60,609 nucleotides of DNA from contig JBHIWT010000001.1 in assembly GCA_041987265.1 (NCBI GenBank), positions 1 to 60,609 of the forward strand, written 5' to 3'. Position 1 is the stretch's first letter. The number at the start of each line of letters is the position of its first letter. The stretch is from Hyphomonadaceae bacterium. Its GTDB lineage: Bacteria > Pseudomonadota > Alphaproteobacteria > Caulobacterales > Hyphomonadaceae. This document shows, piece by piece, positions 1 to 9,243 of this stretch. Position numbers and translations under genes: made by a program. A model generated the notes under the pieces. That model was not told the DNA's origin, did no database searches, and saw only the letters and a program-made list of their open reading frames with translations.

Positions 1-612
1 CCCGTCGATGAACCGGGCGCCGCTGCCTGACACGATTGTTTCCAGAAGGTCGAGATCGGTCGGCTCACCTCCAAGAAAGTTATCTATCGCGTCCGCTTGG
101 GCGCGCATCCGCGCAAGTTCAACACCGAGGGCCGCGTCTTCGTTCGCTGTCTCGTTCACAGCCTGTTGAAGCTCGTTGTGGCGCTCGATCAGCTCCGCGC
201 GTTCCTCGGGTGGCAGGGCGAAAAATTCCGCGCGCGCAACAGCGAGCGCAACGGCGTCGGCTGACAGGTCGTTGAATGTACCGGTTTCGGCGATTGCGGC
301 CTTTAGCTCCGGGTCATTCAGCAACATGAGGGTGAGGCGCAGCAGGTTACGGCCTGCGTCTCCGCTTGGAAGCTCCAGAAGAGATTCCGCATCGACCTCG
401 AGCGAAAGCTCGCCGGCAATCAGCGCATCGATCCTCGAAGCCTGCTGAGCGAAAACGGATTCCTGATCCGTCGATGCGACTTCAGCCGCCCCCTCGCTCG
501 GGGTGATAGGCGGATCCTGCGCAGTTGCAGTCGAAATGAGACCAGCGAACGCGATGGACCCCACGAGAAACGCGACGCGCCTGACCGAAAGAGATGAGTA
601 CTTGCCGAACAC
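1..612 (-). CDS. hypothetical exported protein, partial (3' end lies beyond window start)
   Basis: Absent from the ORF track because no stop lies in the window. The reverse frame ending at nt 1 is open for 204 codons. A GTG at 612-610 gives MFGKYSSLSVRRVAFLVGSIAFAGLISTATAQD, a typical signal peptide. An alternative ATG lies at 657. Confidence 0.45.
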   Translation of the reverse strand, partial: MFGKYSSLSVRRVAFLVGSIAFAGLISTATAQDPPITPSEGAAEVASTDQESVFAQQASRIDALIAGELSLEVDAESLLELPSGDAGRNLLRLTLMLLNDPELKAAIAETGTFNDLSADAVALAVARAEFFALPPEERAELIERHNELQQAVNETANEDAALGVELARMRAQADAIDNFLGGEPTDLDLLETIVSGSGARFIDG

Positions 613-931
613 TTCGCCTGCTTTGCACCGTCCCGGTGCTCTAACCGCCTCAAGCATATACCAATTGTTGGCAAGCACGGCCTTTCGGCGAGCACTGCAA
701 ACGACGCGATTCACGCAACCAGTTGTTCACAATTGCCGGGCGGCGCATCTGCCAAGGTCAGCGACGCGTTGGCTCCCGGCCACGCGCTCGTTCCAAGGAA
801 ACGCGCACGAGGCCCCCGCTGGTCACACGATTTCAGGCCGGTATGTGCCAACGGATGTTGGGCGACCGTCTGCAGGCCACTCTTGGAGCGCTCCTGATTG
901 TGCCTTGACCTCGACCATGCAGATTCGTAAT

Positions 932-946
932 TGTTATATTATAACA
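932..946. promoter_or_regulatory. Zur-box-like operator, perfect 7-1-7 palindrome TGTTATA-T-TATAACA
   Basis: AT-rich perfect palindrome in GC-rich intergenic DNA, about 120 nt upstream of the ABC ATPase start. The core equals the proteobacterial Zur operator core as I recall it (TGTTATAnTATAACA). Confidence 0.5.
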
Positions 947-1064
947 GGCGCGACCCGCGATAGAATGTTCGATCCCGCAGTAGCCGCGCGGATCTGCACG
1001 ATCGCCAGGCTGGAGATGAATGAATTGTCCTATGCGGCTTTCAACCACCACGGTCGGGGCGGAC

Positions 1065-1793
1065 ATGCCGCCTGAGACTGAACCAGCGATCAGCGTCAAA
1101 AACTTGGAATTCGGGTGGGCGAAGACCTCCCCGGTCCTGCGGATACAGTCGCTGGAAATTGCGCGTGGCGAGCGCGTCTTTCTGAAGGGGCCAAGCGGCA
1201 GCGGCAAGAGCACGTTGCTGGGCCTTGTCGCGGGCGTCATTCCGGCGGCGCCCGGGTCGGTGAGCGTACTCGGGAGCGATCTCGGTACCATGTCCACAGC
1301 GCGCAGAGACGCGCTTCGGGCCGAACAGATCGGCGTGATCTTCCAGATGTTCAATCTCGTTCCCTATCTCAGCGTGCTGGACAATGTGGTTCTGCCGCTG
1401 ACCTTCTCCGCCGCGCGTCGAAAGGCTGCCCGGGACGCCGGACGGACAGAACGCGCCGAAGCGGAGCGGTTACTGGCCAGCCTTGGACTTGGTGATGATG
1501 CAATCAAGGCTCGGGAGCCGAGCGAATTGAGTGTGGGTCAGCAACAAAGAGTGGCGGCGGCCCGGGCGCTCATAGGGAGTCCCGACCTGATTCTTGCCGA
1601 CGAACCGACATCTGCGCTGGATCAAGAAGCGCAGTCTGCATTCATCGAACTGCTGCTGCAGGAATGCGAACGCCGCGGATCGACACTCGTGTTCGTCAGC
1701 CACGATACCGGCTTGTCCGGCAAGTTTGATCGCACCATCGACCTGGCCACGATCAACGAGGCGCGGTCGAACGCTCGGCGGGTGAGCGCATGA
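1065..1793 (+). CDS. ABC transporter ATP-binding protein (MacB/LolD type)
   Basis: Walker A GPSGSGKST, signature LSVGQQQR, Walker B LILADEPTSALD. The ORF opens at 1020. The ATG at 1065 follows GGGGCGGA and leaves a normal short N-terminus. The stop overlaps the next start (ATGA at 1790). Confidence 0.9.
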   Translation: MPPETEPAISVKNLEFGWAKTSPVLRIQSLEIARGERVFLKGPSGSGKSTLLGLVAGVIPAAPGSVSVLGSDLGTMSTARRDALRAEQIGVIFQMFNLVPYLSVLDNVVLPLTFSAARRKAARDAGRTERAEAERLLASLGLGDDAIKAREPSELSVGQQQRVAAARALIGSPDLILADEPTSALDQEAQSAFIELLLQECERRGSTLVFVSHDTGLSGKFDRTIDLATINEARSNARRVSA

Positions 1794-3058
1794 AGCCCGC
1801 AGTCCTGAAACTCGCTGTTCGCAGCCTGCTCAACCGCTGGGTCGCGGCGAGCCTGACAGTGTTCGCGATCGCGCTAAGCGTTTTTCTTATCGTCGGCGTT
1901 GAACGCGTTCGCCAAAGTGCAAGAGAGAGCTTCGAACATACGATTTCTGGCGCGGACCTGATTGTTGGCGCGCGCTCTGGCCAGGTGAACCTCGTTCTCT
2001 ATTCGATTTTTCACATCGGAGACGCTACGAACAACATCACCTGGGACACGTTCAATGACCTGTCCGCCAGGGAAGAAGTAGCATGGACAATTCCGATCTC
2101 TCTCGGCGACAGCCATCGTGGTTACCGGGTTGTCGGCACGAACAACGATTATCTCGATCACTATCAATACGGACGGGGCCGCCACCTGGAGGTGGCGCAG
2201 GGCGCATGGCTGGATGATCTTTTTGACGTCGTTCTTGGTGCGGAAGTCGCGCGCAAGCTGGGATACGCGGTCGACGACAGCATCGTTATCTCGCATGGCC
2301 TCGGGGAGGTCAGCTTCTCCGAACACGAAGACAAACCGTTCAGGGTCGCTGGCGTTCTTGCCCCGACCGGCACGCCGGTGGATCAGTCGATCCATGTCGG
2401 CCTTGCCGCGATCGAAGCGATCCACGTCGGATGGCAGAGCGGCGTACAAACTCCTTTGGCGCGCATGGCGACGGCCGATCGCGTTCGCCAGATGGGACTG
2501 GAGCCGGACTCGATCACGGCGATGATCGTCGGACTGAAGAACCGGGCTGGCGTTCTGCGCCTGCAGCGCGACATCAACACGTATCAGCAAGAACCCCTTC
2601 TCGCTGTCATCCCGGCGCTGGCGCTCAATCAACTCTGGCAGATTGTGGGCGTTGTTGAGCGCATCCTACTCGCGATCTCGCTGTGTGTGGCGGCGGTTGG
2701 GCTGGTCGTTATTCTCGTCTCGATCATGTCGACACTGAACGAACGCCGAAGAGAGATGGCGGTGCTGCGCGCGGTTGGCGCGGGGCCGAGCGATGTCTTC
2801 TTCCTGCTGGTCAGCGAGGCAGCCCTGATCGCCTTTGCCGGATCGATAGCGGGGTTAGGCGCACTTTATGCGGCGCTTGCTCTAGGCGAGCCCATGCTGC
2901 GTGCAATTGGCGGCGTGTCTCTGGCCGGTATGCGACCGGATGGATTCGACCTGCTCGTCACATGTGGGCTGACGCTTACGGCTGCGCTGATCGCATCGAT
3001 ACCGGCCTGGCGAGCGTATCGCACTTCGCTATCGGACGGCTTGGCGGTAAGGGTTTAA
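1790..3058 (+). CDS. ABC transporter permease, FtsX/MacB-like
   Basis: N-terminal TM segment, a long periplasmic segment, then a C-terminal TM cluster with the FtsX-type stretch ERRREMAVLRAVGAGPSDVFFLL. Translationally coupled to the ATPase. Confidence 0.85.
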   Translation: MKPAVLKLAVRSLLNRWVAASLTVFAIALSVFLIVGVERVRQSARESFEHTISGADLIVGARSGQVNLVLYSIFHIGDATNNITWDTFNDLSAREEVAWTIPISLGDSHRGYRVVGTNNDYLDHYQYGRGRHLEVAQGAWLDDLFDVVLGAEVARKLGYAVDDSIVISHGLGEVSFSEHEDKPFRVAGVLAPTGTPVDQSIHVGLAAIEAIHVGWQSGVQTPLARMATADRVRQMGLEPDSITAMIVGLKNRAGVLRLQRDINTYQQEPLLAVIPALALNQLWQIVGVVERILLAISLCVAAVGLVVILVSIMSTLNERRREMAVLRAVGAGPSDVFFLLVSEAALIAFAGSIAGLGALYAALALGEPMLRAIGGVSLAGMRPDGFDLLVTCGLTLTAALIASIPAWRAYRTSLSDGLAVRV

Positions 3059-3238
3059 TGTAGAGGGGGCCCGGTTTGGAAGGATCGGAATCAGACCACC
3101 ACACGAATTAGCGCCTGCCTGATTCGAAATGCTATGGTGTTTGCCTCCCGTCGCGAGCGCCAATACCTTGTCGATTGCAGAAAGCGGCGAGTTATCGTCC
3201 GGCGCGAGTCCAGCATGATCCAGTCAGGAGTTGTAGGA

Positions 3239-3808
3239 ATGGGGTATCGAACGTTGGCGCTGGCGGCTGCATTGGCGTTAGCCCCGGCGCTCGCCTTCCA
3301 GTGGCTGCCCGACGCAGACGCGCAGAAGGCCGCCGCTCTGTCCGAGGAGATTACGTGGGACGACCTCTGGCCGCCGGGCGAAGACGAGCGCATCGAGGAA
3401 ATCTACAACAAGTACATGGCGGAACTTGAGGCCGGTAACCCAGGCGGCATCGCCGAAGGCGGCGCTCTGGATCAGATGATGCAGTTTGGCACGTTCACGA
3501 CGGTGGAGGAGCTGGACAACACCCGCGTCAAGATTCCGGGCTTCGTTGTGCCGCTCGATTTCAGGGCGGACGATGAATACACGGAATTCCTCATCGTTCC
3601 CTACTTCGGCGCCTGCCTACATACGCCTCCGCCGCCCCCCAACCAGATCATCTTCGCCAAGGCCAAGAAGCCGGCGAAGATCTCAGACATCTATATCGCG
3701 TACTGGTTTGAGGGCGTCCTGAAAGCGGAACGTAACGACACGGCGCTGGCGAACGCCGCCTACACGCTCGACCTGTCAGATATCGGCGAATATCGCTTCA
3801 ATCAGTAG
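3239..3808 (+). CDS. DUF3299-family periplasmic protein
   Basis: Hallmark block FLIVPYFGACLHTPPPPPNQIIF. The ATG at 3239 has AGGAG 8 nt upstream and gives the signal peptide MGYRTLALAAALALAPALA. The ORF-track start at 3134 is probably too long. Confidence 0.75.
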   Translation: MGYRTLALAAALALAPALAFQWLPDADAQKAAALSEEITWDDLWPPGEDERIEEIYNKYMAELEAGNPGGIAEGGALDQMMQFGTFTTVEELDNTRVKIPGFVVPLDFRADDEYTEFLIVPYFGACLHTPPPPPNQIIFAKAKKPAKISDIYIAYWFEGVLKAERNDTALANAAYTLDLSDIGEYRFNQ

Positions 3809-3814
3809 GATCAA

Positions 3815-4828
3815 TCAGTCGCGCGGCGCCTGAGAGTTGTCTGCGGAGATGACGCCCGCGTCCTGCATGCGGCCAATCCTGAGGGCGTTATACATCGCAT
3901 AATTGCCTTCATGGCAGGCGTATTCGTGCACGCCATCAGACGTAGTGAATTCGTACTCTCCGCCCCACGGCTCGTCCCAGACGAGCGGGTCCTCGACGTG
4001 GAATGCGTAGTGGAGCCGGTCATCAGCCACGCGCGTGAAGCGTTCAATCACCTTCAGCTGATCTGACGCGTAGTAGAAATATTGCTCGGGGTGGAAGTTG
4101 ATGGTCTCTACCACCAGCGTGTCGCCTTCGTACCAGCCGATCGAGTCCCCCATCCAAGGCCGGGTCACGGAACTGGCTGGATCATGCTCTGTATTCAACC
4201 GGATGATGCGCGTGTCGTGGATGGTTTCGATGTTGATCGCCACGGCGTCTGCGCCCTGCGAAATCTGGTAATTTGCATTGTAGGCGGCGGCGCGCATCAC
4301 CGCGCCGGCATGCGAGGGCCAGAAGATGCAGCGCTCGGCGCCCGAACGAGTCTCGTAGGACTCGAGATCTCCAACGTCCGGTGTGAAGAAGATGGTCTGC
4401 AGGTTGCTGGTCTGCTTCGGCGGCGCATCGGCCTTGCGCGGCGGCACACGTCCGTTGGCGGGATAGGTAATGTGCGAAGTGCGCGGTTCGCCGCCGACAC
4501 GCCCGACCTTGTTATTGTTGCCGACCCAGTAGGCGTTGTAGCCGCCTACCCGGTTGAATTCTGGCGCGCCCGCGTCGGGATCGCTGGGGGCGTTGGCCGC
4601 GGCCCATCGCTCGTCCGCACCGCCTTCGAGTTGCGCGACTTCTTCGTCAGTCATCACCTTCCGGTCGCCGTAGCGAGGTGAACGCTCGAACCGCGTCAGG
4701 CTTTCGTTGGTCCACGCGCCGGAAAGATCGGGCTGGCCCATTGCATTGCGTGGCGGTGTGTAGTCTTGAGCAAATATCGGAGGCGCAACGATCGCCAATG
4801 AGGCGACCAACATCATTCGAATACGCAT
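3815..4828 (-). CDS. exported protein of unknown function, paralog A of 8169..9215
   Basis: The ATG at 4828 is preceded by GGGGAGG. Signal peptide MRIRMMLVASLAIVAPPIFAQ. Long identical blocks with paralog B: RVGGEPRTSxITYPANGRVPPRKA, GDSIGWYEGDTLVVET, ERFTRVAD, VWDEPWGGEYEF, EYACHEGN. Confidence 0.75.
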   Translation of the reverse strand: MRIRMMLVASLAIVAPPIFAQDYTPPRNAMGQPDLSGAWTNESLTRFERSPRYGDRKVMTDEEVAQLEGGADERWAAANAPSDPDAGAPEFNRVGGYNAYWVGNNNKVGRVGGEPRTSHITYPANGRVPPRKADAPPKQTSNLQTIFFTPDVGDLESYETRSGAERCIFWPSHAGAVMRAAAYNANYQISQGADAVAINIETIHDTRIIRLNTEHDPASSVTRPWMGDSIGWYEGDTLVVETINFHPEQYFYYASDQLKVIERFTRVADDRLHYAFHVEDPLVWDEPWGGEYEFTTSDGVHEYACHEGNYAMYNALRIGRMQDAGVISADNSQAPRD

Positions 4829-4868
4829 TCCAACCTCCCCAAGGTAGCCGGACGATGATTTCAAATCT

Positions 4869-4892
4869 ATTATTTACCGTCCGCGTATACTG
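4869..4892. promoter_or_regulatory. candidate TetR operator, copy 1 (ATTATTTACCGTCCGCGTATACTG)
   Basis: Lies between the divergent paralog A and tetR genes. It shares ATTATTT-CCGTCC...ACTG with the copy at 5763..5786 (18 of 24 positions, same orientation). Confidence 0.3.
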
Positions 4893-5027
4893 CTAACAGG
4901 ATTGGGTGGTGCCGTACAGAGCGGGAGCGTTGATCGCCAGCGCCATCTCTACTGGGGGCGGGCATCACGGTTTTGTCCACCCAGAAAGATGGTGCAATCA
5001 GCGCCGACGCGTGCGAACAGGATCGAG

Positions 5028-5696
5028 ATGCCCCCTGCAATCCCCCAGAAGTCGCCCCTGAAAGCCGCCGAGCCGACGACGCGCGGACCGCATGCTGAAC
5101 GAACCGCCGCAATGCGAAAGCGGCTGATCTCAGCGGCGATCGATTGCCTCGGTCGACTGGGCTACACCTCCACGACGTTGCAAGCCGTGACCGACGCCGC
5201 GGGCGTCAGCCGCGGCGCCATGCTTCACCACTTCCCAACCAAGGCCGATCTGATGATCGCCGTAGCGGAGTATGCGGCCGACAAGCAGAACCGCACAGTT
5301 CGCAAAGAGCTCGCGAACACGGAGCCTGGAATGGACCGGTATCTGGCGATAACCGCTGCTACATGGGTCGCGATGCGCCAACCTACCTCCATCGCGCTGC
5401 TCGAAATCATGATGGGATCGAGAAGCGATCCCGATCTGGCCGAGCGTTTCCCGCCAGTCATAGAAGCCTTCGAGGCCACTCAGCGGGAGGGCGTGTGGGA
5501 ACAGGCGCAATCCGTGGGCATCGCTGACCGCGACAAGGTCGAAGCCATGACAGCCCTGCACGTCGCGGCGATGCGCGGACTGGTGCTCGACCTGATGTTC
5601 TCCGGCAAGGCCCAACGCGCTGAGGCGTGTATGGAATTGCTGGAAACATACAAGGCGCACCTCACCGGCCTGCTCGTCGTCAACGCCGGGAAATAG
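5028..5696 (+). CDS. TetR/AcrR family transcriptional regulator
   Basis: HTH block RLISAAIDCLGRLGYTSTTLQAVTDAAGVSRGAMLHHFPTKADL. The ATG at 5028 has AGGA 5 nt upstream. An alternative ATG lies at 5112. The ORF track opens at 4902. Confidence 0.85.
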   Translation: MPPAIPQKSPLKAAEPTTRGPHAERTAAMRKRLISAAIDCLGRLGYTSTTLQAVTDAAGVSRGAMLHHFPTKADLMIAVAEYAADKQNRTVRKELANTEPGMDRYLAITAATWVAMRQPTSIALLEIMMGSRSDPDLAERFPPVIEAFEATQREGVWEQAQSVGIADRDKVEAMTALHVAAMRGLVLDLMFSGKAQRAEACMELLETYKAHLTGLLVVNAGK

Positions 5697-5762
5697 ACCT
5701 TCGTCCGAGACGGCGGACAGGCCAAACCCGCCTTGGCGCTTTACAACCCCTACGGATTGATG

Positions 5763-5786
5763 ATTATTTGCCGTCCATGCGGACTG
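5763..5786. promoter_or_regulatory. candidate TetR operator, copy 2 (ATTATTTGCCGTCCATGCGGACTG)
   Basis: About 60 nt upstream of the PQQ dehydrogenase start. Contains the GTCC-N4-GGAC inverted core. See copy 1. Confidence 0.3.
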
Positions 5787-5844
5787 TTTGCTGGTCCGTG
5801 CGACCCGCCCAACAAGAGGCGGCGCAATCTCGGGGAGGCGCTGG

Positions 5845-8151
5845 ATGCGCAAGTTGATCTGGCTGGCGACGGCCGTTGCCGCCACTCTTGCAGTTTCGTG
5901 TACGCAGGTTTCGGATACGCCGCCGGAAGCTGCTCAGATCGCGCCGGAATTTGGTCCGAACTGGATTACTTGGGGCGGCGATCTCGGCAACCAGCGCTAT
6001 GCCCCGCTTGATCAGATCAATGCGGAGAACGCTGGCCGGTTGCAGGTCGTGTGGCGCCGTCCGGGAGCAGAAGTCGACGGGCGGCCCAACTCCAACTGGA
6101 AAGCCACACCACTATACGTGGACGGCACGCTCTACTTTCCCGATGGCGGAACCAAGATCGTCGCTGTCGACCCTGGCACTGGCGAAACAAAGTGGACCTT
6201 CACGCCTGATCCTTATCGCAAACAGATCGAGCGCAGCTTTTCAGGATCCAGCCGTGCGGTCTCCTACTGGACCGACGGGACGGAAGAGCGAATCCTCCTC
6301 AACTCCATTGATGGCCGTCTGATCTCGGTCGACGCAAAGACAGGTCTTGCCGATCCGAATTTCGGTGAGAACGGTCAGGTCGATCTCAACAAGGATATTC
6401 TCCCGCCAGACGATCCGCGCGCCGCTGATCCGCAGGACATGAACTCCACGGCCCCGGGGATTGTTGTCGGCGATGTTATCGTCATCCAGATGATTGGCGA
6501 CGACACGATCGGGCGCAAAGGCGGCACGCCGGGCTACATACGCGGCTTTGATGTCCGTACTGGTGAGAAGCTCTGGACATTCCACACCATCCCCCGCCCG
6601 GGCGAGTTCGGGAACGACACCTGGGGCGAAGATAGCTGGAAGGATTTCGGCGCAGCCAGCGTCTGGACGATGATGGCCGCCGACCCCGAGCTTGGCTATG
6701 TCTACCTGCCTGTCGAAAGCCCGACGAACAATTTCTGGGCTGGCGACCGCCCTGGCGACGGACTTTTCGGCGAGTCGCTGGTTTGCGTTGACGCGCGCAC
6801 AGGCGAACGCGTGTGGCACTTCCAGATCCTGCACCACGGGGTGTGGGATTACGACCTGCCCGCCGCGCCTATCCTTCACGACGTCGTCAAGGACGGGAAA
6901 ACCATCAAGGCGGTTACCCAGCTGACCAAGCAGGGTATGGCCTTCGTCTTCGATCGCGCGACCGGCGAGCCCGTCTGGCCGATCGAAGAGCTACCGGTTA
7001 ACACCGAATTGGCCGTACCCGGCGAACACCTCTCTCCGACGCAGCCGTTCCCCACCAAACCTGCGCCATACGCAAACCTTGGTTTCCATGAAGAGGACGT
7101 ACTGGACCTGACGCCGGAGCTGCACGCGCAGGCGACGGAATTCCTTTCCGACTTCACCAAGGCGCCGGAAATGTACATGCCGCCGACGCTCGTTTCCGAG
7201 ACGAACAAGGGAACGATCGTCTACCCGAACTATGGTGGCGGCTCGAACTGGAATGGCGGCGCGGTGGACCCGGAAACCAACCGGATGTTTGTCCCGACGC
7301 GCAATACGTATATGGGCCTTGGCCTCGCGCCATCCGACCGCGAAGGTTACGAGTGGGCCTATCGCGCGGTGTCCGGCGGCGTCCTGCGCCTGGAGAACGG
7401 CCTGCCGGTCAACAAGCCCCCATGGGCGCTGGTTACGGCGACTGACATGAACCAGGGTGAGCACCTCTGGAGCAAGTCGATCGGCGGTGCGCCTGACTGG
7501 GTGCGCGAGCTGCCGGAGCTGCAGGGGCGCGACCTGGACTTTGACTCGATGGGGCAGATTTCTGTCCGCCCGGCCGCCGTCGTCACCAAGACGCTGATGT
7601 TTCTCGCCTCGTCCGGCAATATTGGCGGGGACCCGGGAGACAATCTGTTCTGGGCCTATGACAAGGACACGGGAGAAATCGCTGCAAAGGTGGAACTCCC
7701 CGCGAAAACATCCGGCGCGCCGATGACCTATATGCATGAGGGTCGCCAGTACATCGTGGTCGCGATTTCCGAGCGCGGCGTTCCCGCAGAATTAATCGCG
7801 CTCGCACTCCCGCGCGCCGGAGAGGCCGCCGCTGCTGCACCAAGCGCAGCGGAAGAAGTGGCCGTGACGATGGGGTCAACCGACAAGACGGGGATCAGCG
7901 CGACCGCGGACCAACTGACCGCCGGACGACAGGCATACGCTCAATCGTGCGCGTTTTGCCATGGGGGCGACGGTCGCGGCGTTCCGGGTGGAAGCGCGCC
8001 GGCGCTGCAGGAACTCGGTTCGCTGGAAGACATCCGCACAGTGATCGCTAACGGCAGCGCCGAGATGCCGCCAATGAACGGTATCCTGACGACCGACCAG
8101 ATCGACGCCGTCAGTCGCTACGTCGCGCTTGGTCTGCCTGAAGCGCAATAA
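5845..8151 (+). CDS. PQQ-dependent dehydrogenase with C-terminal cytochrome c domain (quinohemoprotein), lipoprotein
   Basis: The ATG at 5845 follows GGGGAGG. Lipobox signal MRKLIWLATAVAATLAVSC. PQQ-propeller N-terminus NWITWGGDLGNQRYAPLDQINAENAGRLQVVW. C-terminal heme motif CAFCHG and a distal MPPM. Confidence 0.85.
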   Translation: MRKLIWLATAVAATLAVSCTQVSDTPPEAAQIAPEFGPNWITWGGDLGNQRYAPLDQINAENAGRLQVVWRRPGAEVDGRPNSNWKATPLYVDGTLYFPDGGTKIVAVDPGTGETKWTFTPDPYRKQIERSFSGSSRAVSYWTDGTEERILLNSIDGRLISVDAKTGLADPNFGENGQVDLNKDILPPDDPRAADPQDMNSTAPGIVVGDVIVIQMIGDDTIGRKGGTPGYIRGFDVRTGEKLWTFHTIPRPGEFGNDTWGEDSWKDFGAASVWTMMAADPELGYVYLPVESPTNNFWAGDRPGDGLFGESLVCVDARTGERVWHFQILHHGVWDYDLPAAPILHDVVKDGKTIKAVTQLTKQGMAFVFDRATGEPVWPIEELPVNTELAVPGEHLSPTQPFPTKPAPYANLGFHEEDVLDLTPELHAQATEFLSDFTKAPEMYMPPTLVSETNKGTIVYPNYGGGSNWNGGAVDPETNRMFVPTRNTYMGLGLAPSDREGYEWAYRAVSGGVLRLENGLPVNKPPWALVTATDMNQGEHLWSKSIGGAPDWVRELPELQGRDLDFDSMGQISVRPAAVVTKTLMFLASSGNIGGDPGDNLFWAYDKDTGEIAAKVELPAKTSGAPMTYMHEGRQYIVVAISERGVPAELIALALPRAGEAAAAAPSAAEEVAVTMGSTDKTGISATADQLTAGRQAYAQSCAFCHGGDGRGVPGGSAPALQELGSLEDIRTVIANGSAEMPPMNGILTTDQIDAVSRYVALGLPEAQ

Positions 8152-8168
8152 CAGAGGAAGAGAAGGCA

Positions 8169-9215
8169 ATGCTGTTCCGTATCGCCACGAGCGCCAGCCT
8201 CACTATTCTGGCCGCCTTGGCCGCGACCGCGCAGGAATTCAAGCCGGCGGAGTACGCTGAGGACGCCTACGCGAAGCCGGTCTACGAGGGGTATGTCCCG
8301 CCCAAGAACAATTTCGGACAGCCCGACATCTCCGGGATCTGGAGCAATGGCACGACCACCCGGTTCGAACGCCCCGAACGATATGGAGATCGTCTCGCCC
8401 TGACTGAGGAAGAGGCCGGTCGGGTGCAGGGCGCCGCTGAAAGCTACCGCGTCGCGGGGGACGCCCAGACGGACCCGGATGCCGGAGCGCCAGACGACAA
8501 GAACACCAATCTGGGCTATAATCGGTTCTGGACTGACCCGGGCACTCAGGTGATGCGGGTTGGCGGCGAACCACGCACCTCGATGATCACCTATCCCGCC
8601 AATGGTCGTGTGCCGCCGCGCAAGGCAGGCGCGCCAGAGCTGCCGGCCAGCGCCAACCGCGAAGTATTGGACGAATCCAATCCAATGGCCGGGCCGCGTG
8701 ACAACCCTGAAGAGCGCGGCCTTTCCGAGCGTTGCATTTTCTTCCCGACAAGCGCTGCGCCGGTCATGCGGCCAACGCTGTACAACAACAATTACCGGAT
8801 CACGCAGGGTCAGGACGCGGTGGCGATCTGGATCGAGATGACCATTGAGCAGAAGATCATCCGGCTGAATTCCAAGCATCGAAATGACGGCGTGCGCCCG
8901 TGGGGCGGCGACAGCATCGGCTGGTACGAAGGCGACACGCTGGTCGTGGAAACTGTCGACCTTCACCCTGAACAGTTTCTGTTCAATGCATCGGAAAACG
9001 TGAAGGTCACGGAGCGTTTCACCCGCGTCGCGGACAATCGCCTGCTCTATCAATTCGAGATCGACGACCCGACAGTGTGGGACGAACCGTGGGGCGGCGA
9101 GTATGAATTCTGGGCCGCGAACGGCATCTACGAATATGCCTGCCATGAAGGCAATGTCGGGCTGGAAGGCATCCTCGCCGGCGGCCGTCAGTCGGACCTC
9201 GAAAACGGCCGCTAA
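8169..9215 (+). CDS. exported protein of unknown function, paralog B of 3815..4828
   Basis: Signal peptide MLFRIATSASLTILAALAATAQE, with GAGAAGG upstream. Shares conserved blocks with paralog A (see that entry). Lies 17 nt after the dehydrogenase stop. Confidence 0.8.
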   Translation: MLFRIATSASLTILAALAATAQEFKPAEYAEDAYAKPVYEGYVPPKNNFGQPDISGIWSNGTTTRFERPERYGDRLALTEEEAGRVQGAAESYRVAGDAQTDPDAGAPDDKNTNLGYNRFWTDPGTQVMRVGGEPRTSMITYPANGRVPPRKAGAPELPASANREVLDESNPMAGPRDNPEERGLSERCIFFPTSAAPVMRPTLYNNNYRITQGQDAVAIWIEMTIEQKIIRLNSKHRNDGVRPWGGDSIGWYEGDTLVVETVDLHPEQFLFNASENVKVTERFTRVADNRLLYQFEIDDPTVWDEPWGGEYEFWAANGIYEYACHEGNVGLEGILAGGRQSDLENGR

Positions 9216-9243
9216 GCGAAACGCAATCAGCAGGAGACACTCC

